Source: Octopus bimaculoides (lineage: Eukaryota). From it: a stretch of DNA of 63,796 nt. Shown piece by piece: positions 39,457 through 54,056 of the stretch. The stretch is taken from the NCBI RefSeq assembly GCF_001194135.2, contig NC_068995.1, positions 1,946,976 to 2,010,771 on the forward strand, written 5' to 3'. Below the pieces are notes generated by a model that was not told the DNA's origin, ran no database searches, and worked only from the letters and a program-made list of their open reading frames with translations. The translations under genes were made by a program, and so were the position numbers. Position 1 is the first letter of the stretch. Each line of letters opens with the position of its first letter.

Positions 39457-42400
39457 GAGGCACCACTCCTACTCATACATAATACCAGCAACGTATTTCC
39501 ACTTTTCGGTTTTCATGTAAGGATAGTTCACATCTCTCTTGTAGCCAACCCTGAAACGGAAATGTGGCCGTTCTTGTGTTTCCTTGCCAGATGTTAGCTC
39601 AACATACAACAGATGTCAGTGAGGTCGTTGGGTAGTATTGAGCGTAAACTCTCACGGCTAAGAACTGCTTCTTATGAGAAGCGTCTTAAACAGCCTCTGA
39701 GAACCAACTCCAACTCCTGGCCTCATCAAGGGCCTCTAAGTTCAGTGGAACATTGTACTGAAAGGGGAAAGGAGTGAAGGTGGGTGCTGGCACCGTAAAG
39801 CCAGAGCTTCGGGTAGCTGAAATTCGTCAGCTTCACAAAGCAAGATCATCAAAACCAGGGCAAATTCTGACTTCAAATCCCTCCTGTATATTCATATGTG
39901 TGTGTGTTTGCGCGCACGAGCCTATCTGCGTATGTGTACGTGTGTCTTTACAGTTGTTTGGCTCCACCACCACCGCTTGACAAACGGTGTTGGTGTGTTT
40001 ACGTCCCCATAACCTATAGGTTCGGCAAAAGATACCTATAAAATAAGTAACAGTTTAAAAATAGATAAATAAAATCGTTCAAGGCCGTGCCCCATCATGG
40101 CCGCAGTCTAATGACTGAACAAATGAAAGATAAAACACACACACACACATCAACTAGAGATAATTATATTATGTGATAGACACGCAGATAAATTATGGTT
40201 AACATGTTAACATATTTAACGCGAGGAAAATTAAAACTAAGAAAAAAAATCCAATTAGAAATAACTATAATTAACTGGTGTTAGTGATATAAAAATTTAC
40301 TAATGAAAAGACGAAACAAGGTTAATTAATGAGAAATGTTATTTTCATTACAAACACTAATTTGAGACAGGAACCAATAACTGAGTGAATTTTTTTACAT
40401 CATCGACTGAAATTTGCAAGGGAGATAATTCTTTATGTTTCGGTTTTATTTTGATTGAAAAGTTTTACACATTGATACATAATTCGGTTAGAAATTTAAT
40501 GATAATTAGGATAATGTCATTAAGTAGAAATTAGTAGTAAGTAGAAAGTGACCTTAACATTATTGTCTTATCTCTACATCATTGTTATGACATTATAACT
40601 ATTATAATGCTGATGCTTTTAATTATCAAAGTATGTGTAATTTCGATTATAACAGTAATTATCAAAATGATTTCATAGATAATATAATTGTAATTGTTAA
40701 AGTCCTATGTGTGTGTGTGTGTGTGGCAGAGATGAAGAGAAGGTCTGTGTGTATCCGTGCGTATCTGCGTGTATACGTGAATGAAAGCAGGATGATGTCT
40801 ATGCGGCTCTGTCTGCCCGAGAGCGGATGCAGCATGGTCCCGCGCTAAGAACTTCTCTATCACAAGGTCCCAGCTTCGGTTCTACCATGTGGCATCTTGG
40901 GCAAGTAGTTTTACCACAGCCTCGGGTCGACTTATGTCTTCTGATTGAAACTGGATAGACGAAAACTGTAAGGAAGCTTTTCAGAGTGTTTGTACGTATA
41001 TTCAAAGTGTCACGCTGATTCACAACTGTGAAATACCCGGCCACTTGCAGGTTAATTCAATGCGGAGATTAATTCATCAAAGGACAGAATACATCCATCG
41101 TCGGAACCGAAAACGACGGAGATCCACTGATTAAGTGTAGATGTGAGGGTGAGAGAAAGTGTACATAGACCAGGCCTGGTGTGTGTGGGGTGGAGGAGGG
41201 GGGCAAGGCTGTGCTTCTCTATATATATCGTAGGTAACTCATAAATACCCCAAAAAGAAGCACACTCGAAGTTGTAGAACAGTAGAGTATACAGAAAAAG
41301 ATATATATACAGGGTTGAAATTAATGCATGCAAAATTTCACAGCTTTAGCATCACTCCTTCATAGTCAGCCTACGAAGTTTTCAGCCCACCCTTGTAAGG
41401 ACTGTGAGTTGGTAGAACCATCAGCAATTCGGACAAAATACTTAGTGGCATTTCTTCCGGATCATTACATTCTGAGTTCAAAATCATACCGAGGTTGACA
41501 GTTTACCTTTCAGCTTTTCGGGGTCGGCAAAACAAAGTACCAGTAAAATACTGGGGATCGAGGTAATCGCTTACCACCTTCCTCCTAAAATTGCTGGCCT
41601 TGTGTAAAAAGTAGAAATATTATTATTATTATTGTTGTTGTTGTTGTTGTTACTTGTTTGCTTTATCCGATTAAATTGTGCAAACAATGCAATAAAATAT
41701 AAACAACGCAAATACCAATCACAAATATCTCCAGCGTTATCACCACCACCACCACCACNNNNNNNNNNNNNNNNNNNNNNNNNNNNNNNNNNNNNNNNNN
41801 NNNNNNNNNNNNNNNNNNNNNNNNNNNNNNNNNNNNNNNNNNNNNNNNNNNNNNNNNNNNNNNNNNNNNNNNNNNNATGTGGGCCAACTATCTTATCTGA
41901 CAAGTGTCTCTTTGACAGACGAATAATAAACCAGATCAGGCGTTCGACTCCTCTCACTCGCAACTTCTGACGAAAACAGTAATACGGTAAGCTCCCAGTA
42001 ACTGACTCACTTTCTCTCCCCGGTTTTATAGTTTCACTTTACTTTAATTTCCAGTGAACTTCAGATTATATATACCTTTTATCTTTTACTTGTTTCAGTC
42101 ATTTGACTGCGGCCATGCTGGGGCACGACTTTGAAGAATATTTTGTCGAATGAAACTGTTGTTGCTGTTGTTGTAAGCCTGGTCTTTTTGCCAAACCGCT
42201 CAGTTACGGAGACGCAAACAATTCAACATCCGGTTGTCAAGCAGTGGAAAGAGAGAAACACAGATACAAAGACAGACACACATATATATACGACAGGCTT
42301 CTTTACAGTTTCCGTCTACCAAATCCACTCACAAGGCTTTAGTCGTCCCGAGGCTATAGTAGAAAGCATGCCGAAGGTACCACATTGCACCACCTGCCTA

Positions 42401-43229
42401 TATTTATCTGTCTATCTGTCTGTCTGTTTGTCTGTCTGTCTATCTATCTAAATACACACACACACACATTCTAGTTCAGAAACGTTAGCACACCGGGCGC
42501 AATGCTTAGCGGTATTTCGTCTGTCTTTACGTTCTGAGTTCCAATTCCGCCGAGGTCGATGGAATGGCATCCCTGATGAGTAATTAATCTCTTAAACCTC
42601 TGTTATTTATTTGCCATAAGCACGAACGTTTCTTCTCACCCTTCTTCTGTATTTTATGATTACACAGTGATTGTCTCATCACTATCTCAGCCTGTACAGT
42701 GAAGTCTATGAATCGCTGTGGACGCCGAATGTAAGCTAGACATGTTCAGATTTGTCTCCCCTGTTTAACGCCAACACGGAAGTACTGTTAACCACTGAAA
42801 TCAACCGTTTAGTTGTACTTTTAATCTTAGATTTAATTAAATTTGTTTATTTCTTCCTGTATTAAATATGCTAACACCAATTTAATTATGGCTACCCAAA
42901 AAGCCAGTCAGACAGTCATACAACCAGACAGCTAGACAGGCAGTCAGCCATTCAACCACTTCTAATTCGGTTTCAAGGTCAACGTTATATTATATGACAT
43001 TAGTCAGTTTTCTATACAAGCAGTCTTCCGCAAACCTAGTTCAGTCTTAAGCTTGAGGTATAGCTATTGTGAACAGATGCGTGTATATATGTGTGTGTGT
43101 GGGGGTATGTGTGCTTCTGTGTGTATACACATTTATATATATATATTCATATGCTTATATATATATATATAGCATAAGTATATATTTATATCTCCATTTG
43201 TCCATATATATATATCTTTATATATACAT

Positions 43230-43268
<39 letters not shown>

Positions 43269-43564
43269 NNNNNNNNNNNNNNNNNNNNNNNNNNNNNNNN
43301 NNNNNNNNNNNNNNNNNNNNNNNNNNNNNNNNNNNNNNNNNNNNNNNNNNNNNNNNNNNNNNNNNNNNNNNNNNNNNNNNNNNNNNNNNNNNNNNNNNNN
43401 NNNNNNNNNNNNNNNNNNNNNNNNNNNNNNNNNNNNNNNNNNNNNNNNNNNNNNNNNNNNNNNNNNNNNNNNNNNNNNNNNNNNNNNNNNNNNNNNNNNN
43501 NNNNNNNNNNNNNNNNNNNNNNNNNNNNNNNNNNNNNNNNNNNNNNNNNNNNNNNNNNNNNNNN

Positions 43565-43621
<57 letters not shown>

Positions 43622-46461
43622 ACACATAGACGTATGAATCTATGTACGTTTGTATTTATGGATGTTTGCACCACACCCGCAATGTAGGCAAATGTCGTAC
43701 GTTTGGTATCGCCCCTGCTTTTCTTTTACCTCTCTTATTCCTTTTATTTCCTTTGTAAAGGTTAAAACCTTAGACCCTCGCCTATTCCTTTCATTTGCCG
43801 CTCGCATTCTTTATTGTAGACGCAGTTTGTTTATTTCTTCGTTGTTTCATTTACAACACCTTTTCCATCACGTGTTTTACTTTCGGACTTCATAGGTTTT
43901 TGTTTGTTTGCTCCTTAGATTATCATCTTGTGTGTTTTACCTACGATACATATATACGTACACACACACACACACATACATACACACACACATATATATG
44001 TATATATCGTATATATATATATATACACAAACATACATACATACATATATAGATATACAAACGTACACACACGTATGGTATTTGTTTCGATTCTATACGC
44101 TCTGAGTTTATATCCCGCTCAGATATCAATTTTGCTTTTCATCCTTCGAGACTGATAAAAAATATATACCGATCCAGAATTGTTAAGAGATCGGACAAGG
44201 TACCACGTGATTTCTGTTCCGGCTTTGTGCATTCCCAGAGTAAATTCCAAATCTCACCCCGTTACCGAAACATTGATATGTCCATCAGGAGTTGATCGAC
44301 AGACAGAATCAGAACTTTAAAAAAACAAAACAAAAAGAAAAACAAATGGGCACATAGTTTTTCTGGTTCGATCAGAAGATCGATTACCACCATCGCTAAA
44401 ACCATCATCTCTGTGCAGTTCAGAGTCAAGGGCTTAATACGTTCGTTGAAGACGTCTAACATAAAAAGTTCAGATCTTCGTCAATATCCGCGCGATTGTA
44501 TCTTTCCAGGAAAATGTCGACTGCATTGTAGATTACCTTTTTTTTCATCCCCGTGGAAGTCCTGCAGCGTCTTCGCGTTGGTCGTTATCTTCCAAGTATT
44601 CCTGTCGCTTTAGCCGAATTCCAGGAATTTCAAAACAAGAGGTTTAGATACACATGAAGAAAAGACTGCTAATATATCGAACTGGGTAAATCACAACGTA
44701 CTTGGTTTTCTTTAGTGATAAACCTATTGATAAGGATGGCTCTGAAATCCCACAGTACTAATAGCATGGTATTTCTTATCTAAAGTCTAACCACGACCAA
44801 TGAACGTTTGGTGACTAAACCAAATACGTCTTGGTATACAAGTGGCGTATGTTATTATTCTAACATTGGAACGTGATAAAAAGTGGCTTTGGTGGCTTTC
44901 AAAAATAATCTAAAGGATATGCATGTCCGGGCGTTACAGGCTGTCGGCTGTTTTACCTGCTTTTTCCTCTCTCTCTCTCTTTCTTCCTCTATCTCCCTCT
45001 CTCTCATTTATCTTCTTTTAGTTTGTCTATCTATGTGTATACATATGTATACGTGTGTGTATATACGTATATACACACACACATATATATTTGTATATAT
45101 ANNNNNNNNNNNNNNNNNNNNNNNNNNNNNNNNNNNNNNNNNNNNNNNNNNNNNNNNNNNNNNNNNNNNNNNNNNNNNNNNNNNNNNNNNNNNNNNNNNN
45201 CATACATGTATATTTAAAAAATAAATATATATACATACATATATATATATATGTGTGTGTATGTGTGTTTGTGTGTGTGTGTGTGTGTGTCTTTGTCTAT
45301 GTCCCCACCACTACCGCGTGATAATTTGTGTTGGTGTATTTGCGTCCCCGTAACTTTGCGGCTCAGCAAAAGGAACCGATAGAATAAGTACCAGGCTTAA
45401 AAAAGAAGAGCTGGGGTCGATTCATTCGACTAAAAATGGCCGCAGTCTAATGACTGAAACGAGTAAAAGATAAAAAGAAAAGCTGTCGGCGCGCGCTGTG
45501 TGTTCCCACTTTTTATTAAAAAAGGACAGAAAGTAATGCCTCATTTGCCAAGAAGTAGGGGCCGTGAAAGGTCCCAGACTTATGACGTAAGCCACATCAT
45601 TTCCAATTAGGAGAGAATGTCGGCGAAATATCTTCTTCTTGTGAGAGAAGATGGCTGACAGAGAAATACAGGATGAGATTAGGAAATAAGTAATAATGAT
45701 GAAGATATTGAGACGGACGGAAGGAAAGAATATTGGTTGAACTTAAACATGGTGGTGGTGGTGGTGGTGGTGGTGGTGGGGAGGGGGAACAGCAATAACC
45801 ATTTAAATGAAAGCGACCGAATGTTGTTGGTTGGAATAAGGAAATAAAATTTTTTTAAACCTGTTTTGTGAATTACAACCAGAAAGATTGAAGCAAGTAA
45901 TACTTGCGTCTACATACATACATACATACATACATACATACATACATACATACATACATCTTAGCGTCGAATACAGGCATGTTGGCATAGATGACTATTC
46001 ATTCTCACGGTTAATGAAAATGATCGGCTATAAATTTTGCCATTAATACGGGCCTGATGAAAAAAAAATGGTTATCTTCTTTGGGTAAATGCGAAGAAAG
46101 AACCTGTTTTGGCGAGATCGTAGCTATAATCAAACAGTGAAATATATACCAAATGGTAAATTACTCGACGCACACTTTGACGACGAAAGAGCCAGGACTC
46201 GGCTGTCGCAGATCTATCGACGAACTATCGAAAAAAATTCCAGTGGACTTTCGAAATGAACCAAAACCTATACCAGTTCTACAGAAGGGGTTAAGGAAGA
46301 TCCTTCAAAAGGCTGCATGAAAAATCTCGAAGTGTATTGCGATGAGAAACTCAAGATTCTCCATTTTTTTTTTAAAGAACAATTACATCATACATACGTA
46401 TGTTTGTTTGTGTGCGTATGTGTGTGTGTTTGTGTGAGTGTCTATTTGTATGTGTGTATTG

Positions 46462-46493
<32 letters not shown>

Positions 46494-47036
46494 GTGGTAT
46501 GAGAGTGTGTGTAGTATGAGAGTGTGTGTTTGTGTGTATGTTTGTTTCATATGTGAGTGTGCGTGTTTGTGTGTGTGTTTGCGCGTGTGTGTGTGTGTGT
46601 GCGTGCGTGCGTACAGGTATCAAATACGATATTTCTAATGGTAAGAAATTGTGTCAAATTTTGGCGTATTTCCGAGGAGACGATTTCATTATTCGTTTTT
46701 TCGCGTGAAGGACTCGTTGGAAAACTTCAATACACTTCAGTCAATATTACTTTCCAATAAAACGAAGAAACAAGATTTTGAAAGACTTTTATATTTCTTT
46801 TCTATGTTAGAAACATCTGCGACGTCTTAAACCACCACCACACACACACACACACACAAAACAAGCACACACACACACCACCACACAATTGTAATCCAAG
46901 GACAACAGGTCAGTACATGTACTTCTAAACAGAAGCATATTATTGTCCGTATGTATGTATGTATGTATGTATGTATGTATGCATGTATGTATGTATGTAT
47001 GTATATATGTATGTATGTATGTATACACACACATAT

Positions 47037-47895
47037 ATAGGATGCGATGAGTAAATTGTCGCCGTTTTATATTTTCACTTTCGTGCATGTGAATTGTTTG
47101 TTTTTGATTTTGACGACTACACAATATAGTAGGGTCAGTTGGGCACCGTCTATGAGAAAAACACCACCATCACGTAAATCTTTCTGCCATAAATTTGGAC
47201 ACGACATACTGTACTGCTTGGCATTCATACTGGGAACTCCAATACGAACATTTCAGAGTGTTTGGATGTTAATCTGAGGGATGTGCAATCTGAGGACATG
47301 TACCGAGTGATAAAAATCAAACAACCAGTCAACATCATGGTGTTTGGATGGATCACTAGTGATGGTGACTTTATGCCTCCATTCATCTTCCAACGCAGCG
47401 TCAGACTCAACACGGAGGCCTACATCAAGTGCCTGGAGGAGGTAATGCTGCTCTGGGTGAAGATGGTGGCTGCTGGAAGACCCTATGTCAGGCAACAGGA
47501 CTCTGCACCAAACCACACAAGCAGGAGAACCCAGTCATGGCTGTTAAACAATTTCTGCCACCCATCACCCTTAACATCTGGCCACTTAACTCCCTCAGAC
47601 TGCAACCCCCTTGATTATTATGTGTGGGGCGAAGTTGAGCGAGAGAGCAACAAAACTCCTTGTAGCACCAAAGATGAACTAAAGGCAAGGATTATGGCAG
47701 CATTCACCAACTTAAACAAAGAGACCATCCAGAAGAATTGCAGGAGATTCCGAAGTCGTCTGGCAGCTGTGGTTGAAGCCAATGGCGATTTTATTGAATA
47801 AATTTACTCTTTAGTATTTCAAGATATTTTTATGTAATTTTGGTAAATATTTCTGTTAAAATGAGATGTCAGTGTTATTTTCATTTTAGCGGAAT
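47037..47895 (+). mobile_element. maT / DD37D (Tc1-mariner superfamily) transposon, internally deleted
   Basis: ORF 47262-47801 contains VNIMVFGWITSDG...QQDSAP-(37 aa between the aspartates)-DCNPLDYYVWG...RFRSRLAAVVEANGDFIE*. The N-terminal piece LGIHTGNSNTNISECLDVNLRDVQ is joined directly to the catalytic part. There are compensating frameshifts around ITLNIWPLNS. Confidence 0.85.
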
Positions 47896-48591
47896 TTCGA
47901 TTCGACTCCATGGCGCTTAAAGTTTCGTAAGTTGCATAGAACTGAATAAAACTATAATTCATTTCTACTCTAGGNNNNNNNNNNNNNNNNNNNNNNNNNN
48001 NNNNNNNNNNNNNNNNNNNNNNNNNNNNNNNNNNNNNNNNNNNNNNNNNNNNNNNNNNNNNNNNNNNNNNNNNNNNNNNNNNNNNNNNNNNNNNNNNNNN
48101 NNNNNNNNNNNNNNNNNNNNNNNNNNNNNNNNNNNNNNNNNNNNNNNNNNNNNNNNNNNNNNNNNNNNNNNNNNNNNNNNNNNNNNNNNNNNNNNNNNNN
48201 NNNNNNNNNNNNNNNNNNNNNNNNNNNNNNNNNNNNNNNNNNNNNNNNNNNNNNNNNNNNNNNNNNNNNNNNNNNNNNNNNNNNNNNNNNNNNNNNNNNN
48301 NNNNNNNNNNNNNNNNNNNNNNNNNNNNNNNNNNNNNNNNNNNNNNNNNNNNNNNNNNNNNNNNNNNNNNNNNNNNNNNNNNNNNNNNNNNNNNNNNNNN
48401 NNNNNNNNNNNNNNNNNNNNNNNNNNNNNNNNNNNNNNNNNNNNNNNNNNNNNNNNNNNNNNNNNNNNNNNNNNNNNNNNNNNNNNNNNNNNNNNNNNNN
48501 NNNNNNNNNNNNNNNNNNNNNNNNNNNNNNNNNNNNNNNNNNNNNNNNNNNNNNNNNNNNNNNNNNNNNNNNNNNNNNNNNNNNNNNNNNN

Positions 48592-48624
<33 letters not shown>

Positions 48625-50383
48625 AACACACAAATTAACGTGGGTGTGTGTGACAAGAGAAAACAGCTAGCACTGATCTGAATTTACTACGTGATATGTA
48701 AAATTCTAGGTAACAATTGGTTGCAACAGCTTTTCAAACGAATGAAAGTGCACACACACATACTCACACACACACACGAGTGTGCATTCACACATTCACA
48801 CACATGTTCCAGTGCGTATGTATACTTAAATGTTCATATGAATGCACTATTATGCTCAAAGCCGCAGGCGCACACGAGCAATCGGGACTAACGCTTTACT
48901 CAAAAGTACAAAGAGAAAACGAGCGCGCGCGCACACATGCACATGTACATATGATAGGAAGGCAGCCACACAGACAGACAATACTGATGTAACAGATGTG
49001 TAATAATTGTTTAGACGGAAGTTGAATGAGTTGCAATACTGGATGAAACGAGATCGATACCACCTGTTACCTTCAGGTTAATCCATATATCGCAAATGGT
49101 TGTTGTTGCTGTTGGTGGTGGTGGTGGTGATAGTGGTGGAGGCGGTAGTGGCGGCGGTGGTGGTAGTGGTGGCGGTGGCTATGGTGGTGGTGGTGGCGGC
49201 GGTTGTGGTAGCAGTGGTGGTGGTTGTGGTGGTGGTAATTGTGGTGACTATATAGATTGTGGTAATAATGGTGGTCGTGGTCATAGTCGTGGAGGTGGTG
49301 GCGGTGTGGGGATGAGGCGTATCCTAACGGTGTATGTTAGTAACTATTTTTTCTCAATCCTCTTCGAGTAGACCTCTCTGTGATCAAGTGTCTTCCTGAC
49401 GTAACCAGCCAGTCTTCTATCGTTTCAGCCATCTTGGGCTCTGTCACTGGATGTGTCGTTTTTTGTTGTTTTTTTAAAGAAAACCACATGGTTAGGTGTG
49501 ATTTTACGGAGATTTGGCTATTATTTTTTGCAAGTCGAGTAGCAACGTGGAAATTTCCTCGTGGTTTTGAACTCTTCCTTGATTTAACAGCCTGTAACCC
49601 TTAAAGAATAGCCGTAATTTATAAAATATCATATTTGAAAAACAAATCGTGTACGTGGCAAGAAACTGTCTGGTAGAGGGTTCTCTCATTAACAAATAAC
49701 AATGTAATAAACGAGAAGAATCCGAGAACACTTGCGATGATTTGTTCCAGCAGAAAATGGTTTATATCAGTAATCAAACATGCTGAGGACGAGACGGACG
49801 TTTTGCACGAAGCATTAATAAGTCAACTAATAAAGTGGTTTAATGGGTCGAGAAATTTTTACCATATGAAAATTACAACCTTGATTATGAGAATAATCAT
49901 TATGTAAATGAGTAATTCTGGTAAAAAACATAATAAGCATCACGCTTCACTGATACAATATGGGTCAATCGGTGAGTAGAGTTAGCGATACTTGGTGTGA
50001 CCGGGTAGTGCATATGAGAATACCTCTCTCCCTTTCGTCGGACAGTCACGATTGTGAATATTAAAGCTGTTATATTTTTAGTTATTGATTAAGCTTAATT
50101 GATGAATTATTTCAAATAGTATGTCTCCTAAATTCCTGTCAGACAGACATATCTCCTCTCACTTAATTCAACGACAATATTCATGACATACATTTAAAAT
50201 CGCTATTATAGATATTACATTTTTCGCCAATCTAACAAACTTACTGTATTTATAATTCATAAATAGTTCACATACTTTTATTGTATGGTTGTTTATACTT
50301 TTCATGCTTTGTGAAAATATTGCTGTATATATTGTGACTTTATGTATACATCGTGAATTTAAGGTATTTATATATTCTAAGGC

Positions 50384-50624
50384 GCAGGAGAGTGGCTGTG
50401 TGGTAAGTAGCTTGCTTACCAACCACATGTTTCGGGTTCAGTTTCACTGCGTGGCACCTTGAGCAAGTGTCATACTATAGCCTCGGGCCGACCAAAACCT
50501 TGTACGTGGATTTGGTAGATGGAAACTCAAAGAAGCCCGTCGTATGTGCGTGTTTGTCCAGCACCCCCACTATCACTTGACAAACGATGCTGGTGTGTTT
50601 ACGTCTCCGTAAATTAGCGGTTTG
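50384..50624 (+). mobile_element. SINE family B, 5' two-thirds (ends at an N-gap)
   Basis: gcaggagagtggctgtgtggtaagtagcttgcttaccaaccacatgtttcgggttcagtttcactgcgtggcaccttgagcaagtgtc...; A-box/B-box-like tRNA head. Confidence 0.8.
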
Positions 50625-51683
50625 NNNNNNNNNNNNNNNNNNNNNNNNNNNNNNNNNNNNNNNNNNNNNNNNNNNNNNNNNNNNNNNNNNNNNNNNNNNN
50701 NNNNNNNNNNNNNNNNNNNNNNNNNNNNNNNNNNNNNNNNNNNNNNNNNNNNNNNNNNNNNNNNNNNNNNNNNNNNNNNNNNNNNNNNNNNNNNNNNNNN
50801 NNNNNNNNNNNNNNNNNNNNNNNNNNNNNNNNNNNNNNNNNNNNNNNNNNNNNNNNNNNNNNNNNNNNNNNNNNNNNNNNNNNNNNNNNNNNNNNNNNNN
50901 NNNNNNNNNNNNNNNNNNNNNNNNNNNNNNNNNNNNNNNNNNNNNNNNNNNNNNNNNNNNNNNNNNNNNNNNNNNNNNNNNNNNNNNNNNNNNNNNNNNN
51001 NNNNNNNNNNNNNAAAGGAATGTAATAGATTTTATTTTGTGCTGTCAGTCTCTCTCTCTCTCTCTCTCCCTCTCTCTGTGAACGAGACAGTTTCTTGCCA
51101 GGTGCACGATTTCACCATAATTTACACAATTGTTTAAGTATCAAAAGTCAAATGGACACCAACATTGTCATCCGTTCCACACATGATATAACTCACACAG
51201 ATAAACGATAATCACAACAGAAACTGTGTGTAAAGCTTCAATGTGCGGTTGTTTTTGTTTTTATCTTTAAAGACGACCATCACCTTTTTTTTTTTTAATC
51301 TTTTAGCCAAGAGGGAGAGGAGAGCCAATAAGCCTTTTACGCGAGCGTTGAAAGTGGTGGAAGATAAGGAAACCGGAAGGATTCCTGAAACCAGACACCT
51401 GGCTCGGCTGCTTGTAGCAGAAGGGACTCTGCTAAACACGACCAAAGTGCCAGGTCATGGTGCCAAACCGGGCATCGGAATAATTCTACCACCCGACAAG
51501 GATATAGCAGGATTTGAACTCAGAACGCCATGAACCAAAAAAATACCGTAAGGTATTCTATTGATGCTCCAACGTTTCTACCAGTTCGCCAGCAGTTCGT
51601 GTTCGATACAAACACATATATATTCATAAACACACCAACACATAGGTACATACATACACACACAATGCATACATACGTGTGTA

Positions 51684-52228
51684 CACCTGTTCACCGTCGT
51701 CTATGAAGCGCCGGAAATGTCGGAGTCTCAGCGCATCATCAACCACGGCATGCTCAGCCCTCCATTTAGCGGGTGTTGACAGCAAATGGATCGCCTAACC
51801 ATCGGAACGCTTACCTCCCACAAAAAGCGAAAGAGTATGTGTTCCAGTTTGGTGATGGGAGGGTCGGGAAAAGGCACGACGATCAGACTGTAATCGATGA
51901 CATGCGATGTACGCGTTCGCCACCTCCGCCCGACCTTTTAGAGATAGTTTCCTCTCGGCCCATTGCTGGGTGAGAGTGGCCACCCTATTCGTTATCTCGC
52001 CCCAGTTCTTCTCTATTTGAAGGTCCGGAACGAACCAGACTCCGAGCAATTTAACCGGTCCGTCGGTCCAGCGTCCCACGATGGAGACCAATTGGTCGGC
52101 ATGAGCTTGCTTCTCCAGGTGCCGAGCCGCAAGCCCACTGACTTTTTCCGGTTAATTTTTGCTCCCGTTACCGCTTCGTATTCTGTTGGTGTCTCGCCGA
52201 CCAGGACGATATACCTGTGGCTCGATGC
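51684..52228 (-). mobile_element. Tx1/L1-clade LINE ORF2 fragment (end of RT and downstream region)
   Basis: Minus: YEAVTGAKINRKKSVGLRLGTW../..VKLLGVWF.PDLQIEKNWGEITNRVATLTQQWAERKLSLKGRAEVANAYIA../..LFRFLWGG..VRRSICCQHPLNGGLSMP. These are L1/Tx1 hallmarks (GAKIN.KS, W..R.LSL.GR, FLW.G, GGLG.P), with frameshifts. Confidence 0.85.
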
Positions 52229-53516
52229 ATAGATAAATAAATAGGCAGGCAGACAGATAGGTAGATAGCTAGATAGAGAGATTGATAGACAGACAGAGAT
52301 AGATAGATGTGCGAGTACACACACACATCTATATACATGCGCACAGGTTACACATTTCAATAAGCTGTTCTACCATACTTGATGCTGTCCCATACTTGAT
52401 GCTGTTCTTTTACTGTCATTTGATAGAGCGAATTCATTTTCATGATGGTATTTCGAAATTAACTCTCATATCTTATTTAATAACTTAAAGCGTTGGTGAG
52501 GATGAAGCATCCCCCCCCCCATTATTACGGGAGCCGTACGATTGAGAACAAGCGTTGTATTTGTTGCTAAAATGTACGGAGCAGGTCATATTAGAAATTA
52601 CTAATGCTATTATGTTTTAAATCCTATATGTATTTTGATAATGCAGCGCCGTTTGTTTCGTCTAAAGCTTCAAATGTGGACTTGTAATTTAGATACTGGC
52701 TTTTGAAATTGCTCTAACACATTCCAATATAGGATTTAAGAGATTTTTTCTCAGCTGGGACACTGTAGTTAGGTAGATTAGCGATTCAGCTTTGTATTGT
52801 TCGCAAAGTCATTGAATTCCCGGATGGTTTGGAGGGCCCAGCTGTTGGCATTAATAAGAGGCCACACATTACTACACAAAACAACAACAACATAACACAA
52901 AATAGAAATACAAATTAATTATACGAAACAATACAGAGAAATCTGAAAGTGAACGGAATAAAGCAAAAAAACTACAATTTCGTGGCAAAAGAAAATTGCT
53001 TTATTGAATCAAATGGGAAAGGTATTTTCTTCAGACAAATCAAAATACTTTTGCTGCATCCACACTAGTTTTCTGCTTTTCATACTAAGTTTTATGTTCT
53101 TATTCTTTTTGCTTCTTTATATGTACTTTAATTCTTTTACTGGTTTCAGTCACTGGACTACAGCCATGCTGGAGCACCGCCTGCAAGAGTTTAGTCGATC
53201 AAATCGATCATAGTGCTTATTTTCGAAGTCCGGTACTTCGTCAGTCGTACTCTTTTACAGAACTGCTTGGTTGCGGGGATGTAAACAATCCAACACCGGT
53301 TGTCAAACTGCAGGACCGACTGACACAAATACACACACAAATAGATAGATAAATAGAGAGAGAGAGAGAGAGAGATAAAGTGAGAGAAAGAGAGAGACAG
53401 ACAGATAGTTAAACAGAGATAGACAGATAGATAGACAGACAGACAAACAGACATAACTAGATAGATAGATAGATAGATGGATAGATAGATAGATAAAGAG
53501 AGACAGACAGACACAA

Positions 53517-53573
<57 letters not shown>

Positions 53574-53718
53574 GTAGAATATTTCTGGATATGACATATA
53601 ACCGGATTGCCATTGGTTTCGTGTATATCATTGCACTTGGTAACACAGGCAGCTCATCAGATTTGCGTGTAAATATGTATGCATGTATGTATGTATGTAT
53701 TCGTATGGATGGATGACA

Positions 53719-53760
<42 letters not shown>

Positions 53761-54024
53761 TATATATACGCACACACACACTCAAAGTTATAGGCACTCA
53801 CTCACACACACTTATATGTGTGTGGAGGGGGAGATAGACGGTGTCTGTACTTGTGTTCAGCGTTGGACACTCATCTTTGAGGATGCATGTGTACACATAC
53901 ATGTGCGTATGGCTGTGCGTGTGTGTGTGTAAGTATAAGCTTCTCTGCATGTGTGTGTATATACGTATACAATTAAGTATGTTAGCATGTGCGTGTATAT
54001 ATGTACAGGCATTTACGTCTATGG

Positions 54025-54056
<32 letters not shown>

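Larger units (their letters stand above)
4001..51013. other. 14 assembly gaps: 4001-4183, 5687-6005, 10448-10490, 11436-11725, 15582-15918, 22030-22358, 30333-30432, 31622-31966, 34904-35215, 41759-41876, 43269-43564, 45102-45200, 47975-48590, 50625-51013
   Basis: Runs of N, many abutting microsatellites. The X-rich ORFs in the track are artefacts of these gaps. Confidence 0.95.

Noticed and set aside
51243-51533. 96-aa ORF with a strong acceptor at 51306
   Set aside because: No convincing donor, the 3' end runs into a SINE A head, and the peptide is unrecognised.
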